Notes under the pieces: model-generated
Databases searched by the model: none
Seen by the model: only the letters and a program-made list of their open reading frames with translations
Told to the model about the DNA's origin: nothing
Part shown: piece after piece, positions 41,446-58,497 of the stretch
Position numbering within the stretch: the stretch's first letter is position 1
Layout of the letters: each line of letters begins with the position of its first letter
Origin: the human T2T-CHM13v2.0 reference genome, Homo sapiens
Assembly (NCBI RefSeq): GCF_009914755.1
Contig: NC_060932.1
Direction: 5' to 3' (one strand)
DNA: 64,000 nt
Translations under genes and position numbers: made by a program

Positions 41446-41499
41446 ACTACTTTAATAATCAAATACATGTCTAAGTTTTCATGATCTTGAATTAATCAG

Positions 41500-42054
41500 T
41501 AATTTCTTAGCTGTAGCTTTAAAAGCACAAGTGACCATGGAAAAATAGATAAATTTGACTTTATTAAAATTAAAAATGTTTGTACATCAAAAAGTTACTA
41601 TCAGGAAAATAAAAAACTACCCACAGATTAGAGCAAAGTTATATTTGCGAATTATATGTTATAGGGTCTAGTATCCAGAATATATAAAGAACATTTACAA
41701 CTCAAGAAGAAAAAACAGATAACCCAATGTAAAAATAAACAAAGCTCCCCAAGAAAGATCTACAGATGGTCGGTCATTAACGACATCAGGAGATGCTCAA
41801 AATCATTAGTCATCAAGGAAATGCAAATAAAATCTACACTGAGATGCCACTTCACACCCACTAGAATGACTTTAATGGAAAAAATGAGAAACAACAAATG
41901 TTGGTGAAGATGTGGAGAAACTGGTACCCTCAACATTGCTGGTGGTAAAGTAAAATGGGACAGCTGCTGCGGAAAAATTTGGCAGTTTCTCAAAAGTTAA
42001 ACATAGATTTAGCATATGACCCAGCAATTCAACTCTTTGGTATTGAAAGCATAT
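41500..42054 (+). mobile_element. L1MB 3' ORF2 fragment (left part; resumes at about 48283)
   Basis: GATAAATTTGACTTTATTAAAATTAAAA...TCAAAATCATTAGTCATCAAGGAAATGCAAAT...CATATGACCCAGCAATTC. Confidence 0.85.
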
Positions 42055-42379
42055 ATATTTCAATATATTTATTTCATATTCAATATGCTTAATATATTTA
42101 ATTACCTTACATTCAATTCTGTTATATTCTCTTATGTTTCATTTCTTTTTTTATTTTATTTTATTTTATTTTTTATTATACTTTAAGTTTTAGGGTACAT
42201 GTGCACATTGTGCAGGTTAGTTACATATGTATACATGTGCCATGCTGGTGCGCTGCACCCACTAACTCATCATCTAGCACTAGGTATATCTCCCAATGCT
42301 ATCCCTCCCCCCGCCCCCCACCCCACCACAGTCCCCAGAGTGTGATATTCCCCTTCCTGTGTCTATGTGATCTCATTGT

Positions 42380-47283
<4,904 letters not shown>

Positions 47284-48189
47284 CTTTGTGGTTTTATCTA
47301 CTTTTGGTCTTTGATGATGGTGATGTACAGATGGGTTTTTGGTGTGGATGTCCTTTCTGTTTGTTGGTTTTCCTTCTAACACACAGGACCCTCAGCTGCA
47401 GGTCTGTTGGAATACCCTGCTGTGTGAGGTGTCAGTGTGCCCCTGCTGGGGGGTGCCTCCCAGTTAGGCTGCTCGGGGGTCAGGGGTCAGGGACCCACTT
47501 GAGGAGGCAGTCTGCCCGTTCTCAGATCTCCAGCTGCGTGCTGGGAGAACCACTGCTCTCTTCAAAGCTGTCAGACAGGGACATTTAAGTCTGCAGAGGT
47601 TAATGCTGTCTTTTTGTTTGTCTGTGCCCTGCCCCCAGAGGTGGAGCCTACAGAGGCAGGCAGGCCTCCTTGAGCTGTGGTGGGCTCCACCCAGTTGGAG
47701 CTTCCCAGCTGCTTTGTTTACCTAAGCAAGCCTGGGCAATGGCGGGCGCCCCTCCCCCAGCCTCGCTGCCGCCTTGCAGTTTGATCTCAGACTGCTGTGC
47801 TAGCAATCAGCGAGACTCCGTGGGCGTAGGACCCTCCGAGCCAGGTGTGGGATATAGTCTCGTGGTTTGCCGTTTTTTAAGCCGGTCTGAAAAGCGCAAT
47901 ATTCGGGTGGGAGTGAGCCGCTTTTCCAGGTGCATCCGTCAACACTTTCTTTGACTCGGAAAGGGAACTCCCTGACCCCTTGCGCTTCCCAGGTGAGGCA
48001 ATGCCTCACCCTGCTTCGGCTCGCGCACGGTGCGCGCACCCACTGGCCTGCGCCCACTGTCTGGCACTCCCTAGTGAGATGAACCCGGTACCTCAGATGG
48101 AAATGCAGAAATCACCCGTCTTCTGGGTCGCTCACGCTGGGAGCTGTAGACCGGAGCTGTTCCTGTTCGGCCATTTTGGCTCCTCCCTC
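47284..48189 (-). promoter_or_regulatory. L1 5' UTR internal sense/antisense promoter (CpG-rich; YY1-type motif)
   Basis: Most CpG-rich stretch of the window outside young Alus; YY1-type CAAAATGGC near 48170-48178 (L1 consensus CAAGATGGC). Confidence 0.85.
47739..47954 (+). CDS. ORF0: L1 antisense ORF0, intact 71 aa
   Basis: MAGAPPPASLPPCSLISDCCASNQRDSVGVGPSEPGVGYSLVVCRFLSRSEKRNIRVGVSRFSRCIRQHFL; Kozak-like GCAATGG; GT donors at 47845 and 47930. Confidence 0.88.
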   Translation: MAGAPPPASLPPCSLISDCCASNQRDSVGVGPSEPGVGYSLVVCRFLSRSEKRNIRVGVSRFSRCIRQHFL

Positions 48190-48282
48190 AGGTATAGAGT
48201 TTTCTAAAATAACTTTTTAATGTAATTACTGATATACAAGTTGAATTGTATAATCTAGCCATTGTTTCATTTCTTATTGGGT

Positions 48283-48760
48283 TCAAAGCATATCCACAAA
48301 AAAACTTGTACAAAAATGTTCATGGCAGTATTATTCATGATATTCCAAAAAGTGGAAATAAACCAAATGTTCTTCAACTGATGAATGCATAAATAAAATG
48401 TGATGTGTTTATATAATGGAATATTATTCAGGTATTAAAAAAGCCTTAAAAGCATTATGCTAAATGAAAGAGCCAGACACAAAAGGTCACACATTGTTCA
48501 ATGACATTCACATAAAATGTCTAAAATAGGCAAATTCATAGAGACAGAAAGTATATTAGTGGTTGTCAGGGTATGCCGGAGGGGGGAATTGGGAGTGCCT
48601 GCTAACAGTGTTGTGTTTCTTTTTGGGGTGATGAAAATTTCCTGGAATTAAATCCTGATGATAATTGTACAACCTTATAAATATACTAAGAACTACTGAC
48701 TGACATATTTTTAAATGGTTAATTTTATGTTATGTGAATTTTATCTCAGTTTTTTAAAGT
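48283..48760 (+). mobile_element. L1MB (MB7/8-like) 3' end, right part
   Basis: ACTTGTACAAAAATGTTCATGGCAG...CATTATGCTAAATGAAAGAGCCAGACACAAAAG...TATGTGAATTTTATCTCA. Confidence 0.88.
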
Positions 48761-49911
48761 GCAAAAAAATCAGTGAAATTCAAGTTATAACCACAATGCG
48801 TACCACTGCACTTTCCCCAGAATAGTTAAATAAAAGGACTGGTAATAACAAATACCTCAATAATATGGATTTCTGGGAACTCCCATACGTTGCTGGTGGG
48901 AGGATAAATTTGTTCAAATCCTAGAAAAATTCCTTATCAGCATTTACTAATCACCTATATACATATACATACGGAGGTATTGGCATGGAGAGATATCAAG
49001 AACATAATATGTGAACAAAAGCTGGCTGCAGTACAATGCCACTTCCAAAAAATTTGACAGATGAAATGCGTCATATTAGATGCATATGTAAGTATGTAAA
49101 GGACAAAACTCGTGGATTCAAGGCTATATGTTAGAATTGTGGTTACCCTTGAGGAATGAAGGAAGGGAATAATAGAGTCGGTGAGGCTTTTTTCAAAAGA
49201 AGGAAAAAAGATAAAAAGAAAATCTTCCTATTTTAATAAAATCAGTTTTAATTGCATAGTGAAGCAGTGTTCTTTCATTTTTCACTTTAATGGAGTAAAC
49301 TGAAATCAGAGGCAAAAGCAGATTTCCACTGCTAATAAGTCTCACAAGGCAAACTAAGGTCATGTCTTTCAATAACTTGATCAACATAAGCAGATGAATA
49401 GACCAGCTGTGCCTGGGGTGAGGGAAAAGCAGCTGGCGGAGAGATGTGAGAAACCGGAAGGACTCTGAAAAACACCAATGTGAATATATAATATGTTGCT
49501 GAATGAACAAGATAACTCCTAGGCAAGAATTTGCAAATCTAGGTAAACATTGTTACAATATGTGCCCTTTGATTTTAAAAAGGAAATCAAATTGTTCAGA
49601 AAATAAATCTATTTGTCAATCCCACAACTCCAGATCTATTTGTCAGAATAGGCCTTTTAAATGTCTGGTTCTAATTTTTTCTGTCTGCTGGACTTTCTTG
49701 TTTCTCTTACTGAAGGCATCACAAGAGATATCTAATAAGCCTAAAAATATATTGTTCTTCTTTACTAGCTCCCTGTGCCCTCAAGACCTCCTTACAAAAC
49801 CAATTATCACGTGATTGCAATAACACATTTCTGTGAAGGCAAGTTGGGACCCACCAAGGCCAAAGGATTTGCCGGCAGTAGGAAGATGAAAAAACTATTT
49901 CAATTTCTCAC

Positions 49912-49915
<4 letters not shown>

Positions 49916-49967
<52 letters not shown>

Positions 49968-49976
49968 GTCTTTCTC
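49916..49976. repeat. (TC)n microsatellite
   Basis: About 21 uninterrupted TC units followed by degenerate TCTG. Confidence 0.95.
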
Positions 49977-50684
49977 TGTTGTTACATCATTAGAATTCCT
50001 GTGAAATTCTAAAAAATAAAAAGTTGATTCCCTTGGACTTCAATCATTACCAAGAAAAGTTAAAAGCTCCCATTTATGACAATGGTTACTAAATGGAGGT
50101 GAAAATTAAATGTTATGAGATATTATTAATCATATATACACTTCTACTCTTTAAAGTTAAAATGGAACTCATAAAATTTCTGCCAAAGAAAACAGCATTG
50201 GCGTAAATGATGTTTTTACACCTATGCCACTGTATGAATGTCCTTCTGTAATTGCTGTATTATAAAATATTTACAAGAACTAAAGAACTTAGTTAATTCA
50301 TAAATGTCTGCAGAAATGCAAAACAAGTTAGTCTTTCACATCTGTAACAACATCTTGAGAATTGTTTGGGAATAATCTTTATTCAACTGGTATTCAGCCT
50401 ATAAATCAGGCCAATCTCTTATTATCATTTTTGTCTCCCCTTCAAAGGGCCTTGGCCAAGACCTAATGAACTCATATCACCTCAGCCTGCTAAAGACTTC
50501 CTTTTTGGGATCAATCTTGGTTATAATGATTCAAAATTAGGTTATTCACTTCTTTAAGAGTAAAAACTCCCTAGAGGCATCTGTAGTCTTTAATGTATTA
50601 ACTGAGCATGCCATCTAGATTACATTTACTACTGTGGAATTATCTTCCTGTAATATGCCCATAGAGCTTATTTTTTTGGTAATC

Positions 50685-51768
50685 TTCTCTTTTCCATCTG
50701 CATTCTGTCTTGATGATCTCTTCACAAACGAATGGTATTAAATGTCACCTCTAACCTAGTAAACTCAAAATTTGTATCTCCATCTTAGAATTCTCTTCTG
50801 AACTGATTTAGCTATCCAACTGCCTTCATTTGGATGGGACATCTGAAATTTAGCATTTCTATAACTGAGCTCCTAATGTTCTCCTTGGGTTGCTCTACCT
50901 TTCACTTTCCCAGTCTCAGATGACTTCATCATTGAAATTATTCAGAACAGAAACCTTGGAGTTCTTCTGGACTCCTCTTTCTCACACATCTTACCTCTAA
51001 AATGCCAGGAAAATCTATTGACACTACCACTAAAATATATCCCAAATCTGACTGCTTCTCGTCACCTCTGCTGTTGCTAAATTTGTCCAAGCCACCATTT
51101 ATCTTTGGGTTGGATTTCTGCAGTTGCTTCCTACTGTATCCTCTAGCGTCTATCCTTTTCCACTAACAGTCTTTTTTTATACAGCAGCCGGAGTGGACCT
51201 TTCTAGTATCTAAGCCACATGACATTAGTTCTTTCAAAATGCTGCAACGTTTTCCCATTTCACCTGGGGCAAAGCCAAAGTCTTACAAAGATTCACAGGG
51301 TCCTCTTTATCAGGCCTCTCTTTACTTCTCTTATTCATGTCCTACTTCTTCCTTCTGATGCTCCTGTCAGCATACTCTGGGACATTTTCTCCGATTGTTT
51401 CCAATACCTGGTTCTTTTCCACAAATGTTCATTAGATTAGTCCCTCACTCTTTAAATTCTTTGCTCAAATTTCATCTTCTTGATGAGGTCTACTTTATTC
51501 ACCCTATTTAACTTTGCAACTTGCACCCTGAGCAGTACAACTAGTCTTCCTTTCCCAGAATTATGCTTTTTTCCCCATAGCCTTCATCTTTGCCTCAAAT
51601 ACTGCATAATCCAATTATTTCTTACATTAAATATTTATTGTCTGTCACTTCTTCTAGAATGTAATATTCTCAAGAGAAGTTAATGTTATCCATTTCATTC
51701 ATTGATACATCCCTAAGTGACTAGAATAGTACCTAGCATATAGTAGGGATTCAACAAATACATTTATT
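50685..51768 (+). mobile_element. L2a 3' region (about 1.1 kb)
   Basis: AAACCTTGGAGTTCTTCTGGACTCCTCTTTCTC...CAAGCCACCAT...CTAGAATAGTACCTAGCATATAGTAGG...CAACAAATA. Confidence 0.85.
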
Positions 51769-51809
51769 AGATTGCCTTTCATTATTGCCTTTAAATTATT
51801 GACACATTA

Positions 51810-52125
51810 CATCATGAATGAACTTCAAAAACATTATATTCAATGAAAGAAGCTATGCACAAGAAACCACATTATATAAATTCATTTCCATGAATCATCC
51901 TGAAAAGACAAGTACATAGAAAGAATGTAGATTAGTGGGGTTGTGATGGGAATGAGGAGTGATTATGCATGAGGGATCTTACTGGGGTGGAGGGTGTGGA
52001 TAAAAGATTCTAAAACTAAGCTGTGGTGATGGTTGCACCACTACATTTGATAAGATTACAAAAAAATCATTAAATTGTACACTTGAAGTGGGTGAATTTT
52101 ATGACATGTGGAATATACCTCAAAG
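51810..52125 (+). mobile_element. L1MB/MC 3' end
   Basis: CATGAATGAACTTCAAAAACATTAT...GGTGATGGTTGCAC...TGTACACTTGAAGTGGGTGAATTTTATG. Confidence 0.8.
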
Positions 52126-52983
52126 AAATTTTGAAAACATCTAGTCAATGGCTCCAAATTACTCTTACAACATAGTTCATATTACTTCAAGTAATTGAGA
52201 AGGCCCTTGGCTTTCTGGCCTTATTCTATGCTTTTTCCACTAGTGTTTTTATTTTTTTAGTGTATGGTCCTCTTTAACCACTTAGCCTTCTTAAGAGTCA
52301 TTCTCTTTGCTAGATATACTCTTCTCATTCCCATTTCCCTCATCATCTGCTCTTATTTTGCTAAAATTGCAGGTCTCTGCTTGGATGTTACTTCCTCTTG
52401 CATCAATACCTCAAGACTTCAAATACCTGACATGGTTATTACAACATAGGAGATACTTAGCAAATTATTTGCTGAACAAATGAATGACTGAATATATGAT
52501 TGTTATTTTAAAAGGATACTTTGTGTATAAAGCTGCTTTGATGATGTAGATATAAATTACGTTTGAATGTGCAAAACTGAAATTCTATCTATTAGATGGT
52601 TATAAAATTTGCTATTATTTTAGCCATTATTTTCTTCCAGAAACATGTTGCATTGTGGTAAACATATTTATATACAGTACTAATTAACAATCAAATACGT
52701 GACACTTCCTTTGCATTGCTCCTTTTTCGACGAGGCTTTTTATTGAGAATGAAGTTGTCTAAATTCAAAAAGCTTACCTTACATATCATGACTTAAGATC
52801 ATCTGACTGTGAACTTAAAAGCAATATAATTTGAAACATTAGCTCAACTATTGCTTTAGACTTTATTCATCTAACCCTGCAGTCATGGATGTCATTAATT
52901 CAATGAGTAGAAATCTATTGTACAACAAAATTTACAGAGAATAAATGGGTTATTCATTCAATTTGTCAAAAATACTATCTCTT

Positions 52984-53265
52984 GGCTGGGTGCCATGACT
53001 CACACCTTTAATACCAGCACTTCAGGAGGCTGAAATGGGAGATCACTTGAGGCCAAGAGTTTGAGACTAGCCTGGGCAGCATAGGAAGACCCTCACTTCC
53101 ACCAAAAAAATAATAGCCAGGCATGGTGGTGCATACCTATAGTCCTAGCTGCTTGGGAGGTGGAGGCAGGGGCATCACTTGAGCCTAGGAGTTCAAGGCT
53201 GCCGTGAGCTATGACCCCTTCACTCCAGCCTGGGCAACAGTGGGAGACCCCATCTCTTTAAAAAA
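52984..53265 (+). mobile_element. AluJ (Jr/Jo-like)
   Basis: Two diverged arms with TTGAGGCCAAGAGTTTGAG and GAGTTCAAGGCTGC; TSD AAAAATAC(TA/CT)TCTCTT (52968-52983, 53261-53276). Confidence 0.93.
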
Positions 53266-53530
53266 TACCTTCTCTTCATACTTAGAATGGAATACAAAAA
53301 AGAGAAATAGTAAAACCAAATGGAATATTGTTCTTTCCTTTCTTAAGCCTTTTATTTCTCTATCTTAGAATGTATAAAGTTCTCATGCTGAAGTCTCAGA
53401 AGTACAAAAGTCTTAATCTTGCAATCACATTACATGATATTTAAATGGTGACGTTCCTCTGCATTGAGTCATAGACATTATTCCTTCTCATTTTCCTTAC
53501 ACACTGTTGATACTTCTCAAATTTCTATTA

Positions 53531-53872
53531 TTTTTTTAATTTTTTAATTTTTTATTATTATTATACTTTAAGTTTTAGGGCACATGTGCACAATGTGCAG
53601 GTTAGTTACATATGTATACATGTGCCATGCTGGTGTGCTGCACCCATTAACTCCTCATTTAGCATTAGGTATATCTCCTAATGCTATCCCTCCCCCCTCC
53701 CCCCAAAGGACTATAAATCATGCTGCTATAAAGACACATGCACACGTATGTTTATTGCGGCACTATTCACAATAGCAAAGACTTGGAACCAACCCAAATG
53801 TCCAACGATGATAGACTGGATTAAGAAAATGTGGCACATATACACCATGGAATACTATGCAGCCATAAAAAA
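53531..53872 (-). mobile_element. 5'-inverted (twin-primed) short L1PA (about PA3-5)
   Basis: Minus-strand tail and 3' UTR (53531-53705) joined to a plus-strand upstream L1 segment (53706-53872); TSD AAATTTCTATT (53519-53529, 53870-53880). Confidence 0.93.
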
Positions 53873-53984
53873 TTTCTATTCTTAAACCATGCCATTTATT
53901 CCTGAAACTTCAGTTCTATTTGAATATACCCAAGACTGGAAACCAATCTAGGTGAGAATACCTTGAGCTGCAGACCTTTTCATC

Positions 53985-54650
53985 TAGCATCCTACTTAGT
54001 ACATCTAATTAGATGCCTCATTTAAGATAGGGATCTTCAATTCAAATGTTCAGAGTTCAACTCCTGACCTCCCATTAATGGAAATAATTCCTCCTCCAGA
54101 ATATTTTATGTCAGGAAATGGGACCTTAAGCCAACACATGGTTGTCATCTGAAGTGTAGGAGTCATCTTTTACATTTTCCTCTCTTTTCCATTATCTAAT
54201 TCATTACTGTGACCATTAGTAGGTGGATTCTTCCTCTAAAATAGATAGTGAATCTAATTACTCTCTCCATCTCTCCAGCCACTACCAATCATTACCATAG
54301 TTAAAATCTTCATATTTCACCTGCAATTCTACCCACTTCCCCTCATGCCGATCTTGAATTTATGTTCACACAATAGCCTGCCTAAATTCTATTTATCTTT
54401 TGAGTTAATCTTTGATGTCACTGCTGCAAGGAACTATTCCCTAACACTCCAAAGTAGATTGTTTCCTCATGTTACACATTCTTCTATTTTCCCATCATTA
54501 TCCTTCATATTGACATTCACAGTTTCATTAATTATTTGTGTAATGATTTACATTGTAAAAACACAAAAAAATAGTTCACCACTGGTCATTAATGTCCAGT
54601 GTATATTTGGCACTGAGTGAATATTTGTGGAATAAAAAATAAATAAATAA
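53985..54650 (+). mobile_element. L2 remnants
   Basis: GTAGGAGTCATCTTT...CTCTCCATCTCTCCAGCCACTACC...TGGCACTGAGTGAATATTTGTGGAAT. Confidence 0.6.
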
Positions 54651-55261
54651 ATCTGTAGATGGATTCTAACTTTGGCATTGTCCTTAAAAATACCTTTCCT
54701 AGTATACAATATTGAATTCTACTTTTACTGACTGTATGATATCTTTAATTCTTTAACAGGAAATATATTTTGATATGTTATTTAAAATTGTGACTTGACC
54801 TTACTGATTTTTTCAAATAAAAAGTATTTTTTCAAAAACTGATTTTTTTCTCTCTAATTTCCCCTGCCAGCATCAATCTCACATTTTACAGTTATTTTAG
54901 TGTTCATATTTTAAAAACATTTTTGTTCTGTTCTCTGGTGCCCATAATACATCACTTGGAATATTACAGCTTTAGAATATATTCTAATGCCTGATATAGC
55001 AAACTTATATTCGTTTGCCAACTTTTTTCAAAATTTTCACATATTTGTGCTTTCACATAAAATTCTAAAACTATATCATAAAATTTAAAATTATGAGAAT
55101 TTTCTGAATGTTGCATTTAAATTTATAGTTTAAATTAAGGGAATATAGTTCTGTTTAGTATATAAAATATTCATTTAGAGAAACATGTCTCTTCACTGAT
55201 TCAAGGTTTCTCTCATGCTTTTGTATAATTTTGAAGGCTTACTGCTGTAAGCCTCAAATAT

Positions 55262-55405
55262 TTCTTTTATTTTATTTTTTTATTTTAAAGAGACAGGGTT
55301 TCACCATGTTGACCAGGCCATTCTTGAACTCCTGGACCCAAGTAATCTGCCTTCAGTGGCCTCCCAAAGTGCTGGGATTTCAGATGTGAACCACCGTGTC
55401 TGGCC
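55262..55405 (-). mobile_element. Alu left monomer (FLAM_C-like)
   Basis: AGAGACAGGGTTTCACCATGTTG...GAACTCCTGG...GGCCTCCCAAAGTGCTGGGATT...TGGCC. Confidence 0.88.
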
Positions 55406-55734
55406 TAAGGATTTCTTTTCATGTGCATTCCTAAATGTTTGCCATTATACTATTAAATTATTATTGTTATATCAGAAAATGATTGGATTTTCTACAATTA
55501 TTTTTTGACTAGTAAACTTACTGAACTGCCGTAATTTCTAACAGCATTTCAGTTGATTCTTTTGTCTTTGTAATATGGAGTCATCAGTAAATAATCACAA
55601 TTTTTCCTACCTTTTACCAATATTTTTACCACCTGTGACTATATCAGATGTTGTATTAGCTATCATTTCTGGAATGATGATACAAAGTCGTGAAATAAAC
55701 CAAGGCAGCCTTGGTTTATTTCTCATTAGAGAAG

Positions 55735-56143
55735 AGACTTCTAGGCACCTCCCAAACCCTAGTTTCTTTTCCTTCTCAGTATGCAGCTAGACTACGTTTT
55801 CCATTCCCTTTTGCACAAAGGTGGGACCATAGAAGTGGATGGGATGTGGGCAGAAGTAATGTACACCACTCCCAAGCCTGTTCCCTAGGAACTTCCCAAG
55901 TAATCTTCCTTACTTTCTCTGTTCCCATGTGAAGCTAGTGGTCAAAAGTTCTGATTCCTTGGTGAATATTGAGGCCAAAATAAAAAAAAGAGTGAATCTT
56001 GAGTCAACACTTAGAGGAGAGCTGCCCAGCAGAACTGCCAGAACAAGAACTCTCATATAGAAAAGTAGTGTGAGCAACTTTTGTTGAATAAACCACTAAG
56101 ATTTGGGGGCTGTAACAGCAATGACCATATCCCAATTATTTCA
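55735..56143 (+). mobile_element. MaLR LTR (MLT1J/I-like)
   Basis: CAGCTAGACTAC...GATGTGGGCAGAAGTAATGTACACCACTCC...CCACTAAGATTTGGGGG. Confidence 0.75.
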
Positions 56144-57497
56144 CCATTTTAATCAAAATGACACTAATCTAAACTCCTAAACAAAATCTCGATTGTTCGT
56201 TTGAAATATGTAGGATTTTCTAAACCACTCTTTAATTCTTATTCCATCAATAACTTTATAAATCTAAAATCAACCTGAAGATCTATGAAATAACTTTTTG
56301 AAATATATCAAGATTATCATATAATTTTTAAACTGTCTTATTCTGTAACAAATTATATCCATAGATTATCCAATGTCCAATCATACCGAGCTTTTAGAAT
56401 AAAACTTTCCTGGCCGTTCTGAACAATTACTTTAATATATTGCTGAATTCAGTTTTCTAAATAACATTTTTGATTTTGATTTTCAAATTTTCAATGATAT
56501 TGACCTATTGTTCTTAATTTTTCCATGTTTATTTTCCTTCCTTTATATATTTTTAAGGCATTTCTATTATGTTTTCTCAGCACTTCTTCAGAAAAACATT
56601 TATTCTATTTTCTGCAGATCATTTAAAATAGGTTATAAACATGAATTCCTTGAAGGTTTGAAAGAATTTTACATTAAAGTCATCTTGACTCAATGTTTTA
56701 TGTGGACATGGAGTGGTAGGTATTTGGCAACAGCCTTAGTTTCTCCTATAGTCACTTTGCTATTAAAATACTCTACCTTTTCAGCCAATTTTAGACCTTC
56801 GTGATTCCACTAAAATTGTCTACTTTGTAATTGATTTGCTTATTTACAAATTCTACTTTTTTTCCTTTTCCTTCAATTTCTGAATTTATGACCAGAAAGT
56901 AAAGCAATTCCATTGCCAGTTCTCTATGATGTACACAAAATTATTAAAAACAACACATTCTGAACTAAATCATGTTTAGACTTCTTCCTAAATGAGACAA
57001 TTATAAATAGTATTTATTTGGGCATTCCTCATAACAACTTGACTCCTACTCTCCCTTTCTCATTCCTTAAGGTAAGGCAATAATAAACAGAACATGAAAA
57101 TCTTCCTAATCACTGTGGAAGCAGAAAACAACTCATTACATTTCATATGAATGTGAGAGAATTGGTGTCAACATAGCAGTACCAAATCTGAAAGGCAAAT
57201 ACTCATCAGCTGAGGAGATGCTCAGTAAATATTTGTTGAAGAAGTAAATGAATCAGGGCCAAAATCACTATTCCTGTAGTCTCTTGAATATATTTCTACA
57301 GGCTGTTTGAAAATTAGCCGAAAAAAAAAATAGTTTTAGTTTGATACATTTCAAAATATATTAAAAAGTGACAATGCATGGTTCTTTATATAATATGCAA
57401 GTTCTATAATAGATCAGTTCACATGGTGAAGTCCACTCTAACTCTATCCCAAACCTGAGATTTGTTAAACAAAAATTTATTTGCTCAAAGATTCTCG

Positions 57498-57799
<302 letters not shown>

Positions 57800-58393
57800 G
57801 ATTTTAAAAAATGCTCTAAAATCTGAAGCTAGTGATCTCTTCATATAATTTGGGAAAAGAATACCTTATTTAAACATAGCTTGGAAAATTAAATGATTAA
57901 AGATATCAACATGAAGAATGAAGCAGAAGTCTTCAAAGCTTTTTAGCAATACAAGCTTTTCAATCACACCATCCCATCATTTAATACCTGTGAGGTAAGC
58001 AGATGGTGACAATTTTATGTAAGAAAATGTCATATTTGTAGCACAAAGAAGCTTATTGTGTCCATATTTTCTGCCAAGGGCATGCCTTTGTAATACTTCA
58101 AATTTGTACTTACTCTGATTGGGATCACAGCAGTGAAAAAATAGTGGTTCTACGGCTGCCTGTTGATTTACCATGTGTGGCCCCATTCCAATTGCTCTCA
58201 TTATCATCTCTCAACCTAAAAGCAAGAGGTGCCTTTTATTGACCAAAGAGAGTGGACTGATAGGACTTTTCTTCCATGGATTGAAGCAAACCAAGGCAAC
58301 CTAATTGTCTTTATGTAAGGGAGGCAATTCTCAATCTAACAGGGTCAAAGTGTTCTAACTTCTTTCTTCACAAAGAGAAAAAGAGAATTTGCC

Positions 58394-58497
58394 ATATATA
58401 TATATACACGTTAATGGCAAATGTTAATATATGGTGCTGCAATAATATATATATATATACACGTTAATGGCAAATGTTAATATATGGTGCTGCAATA
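58394..58497. repeat. Two-copy 51/53-bp tandem duplication
   Basis: (AT)nACACGTTAATGGCAAATGTTAATATATGGTGCTGCAATA twice, differing by one AT unit. Confidence 0.95.
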
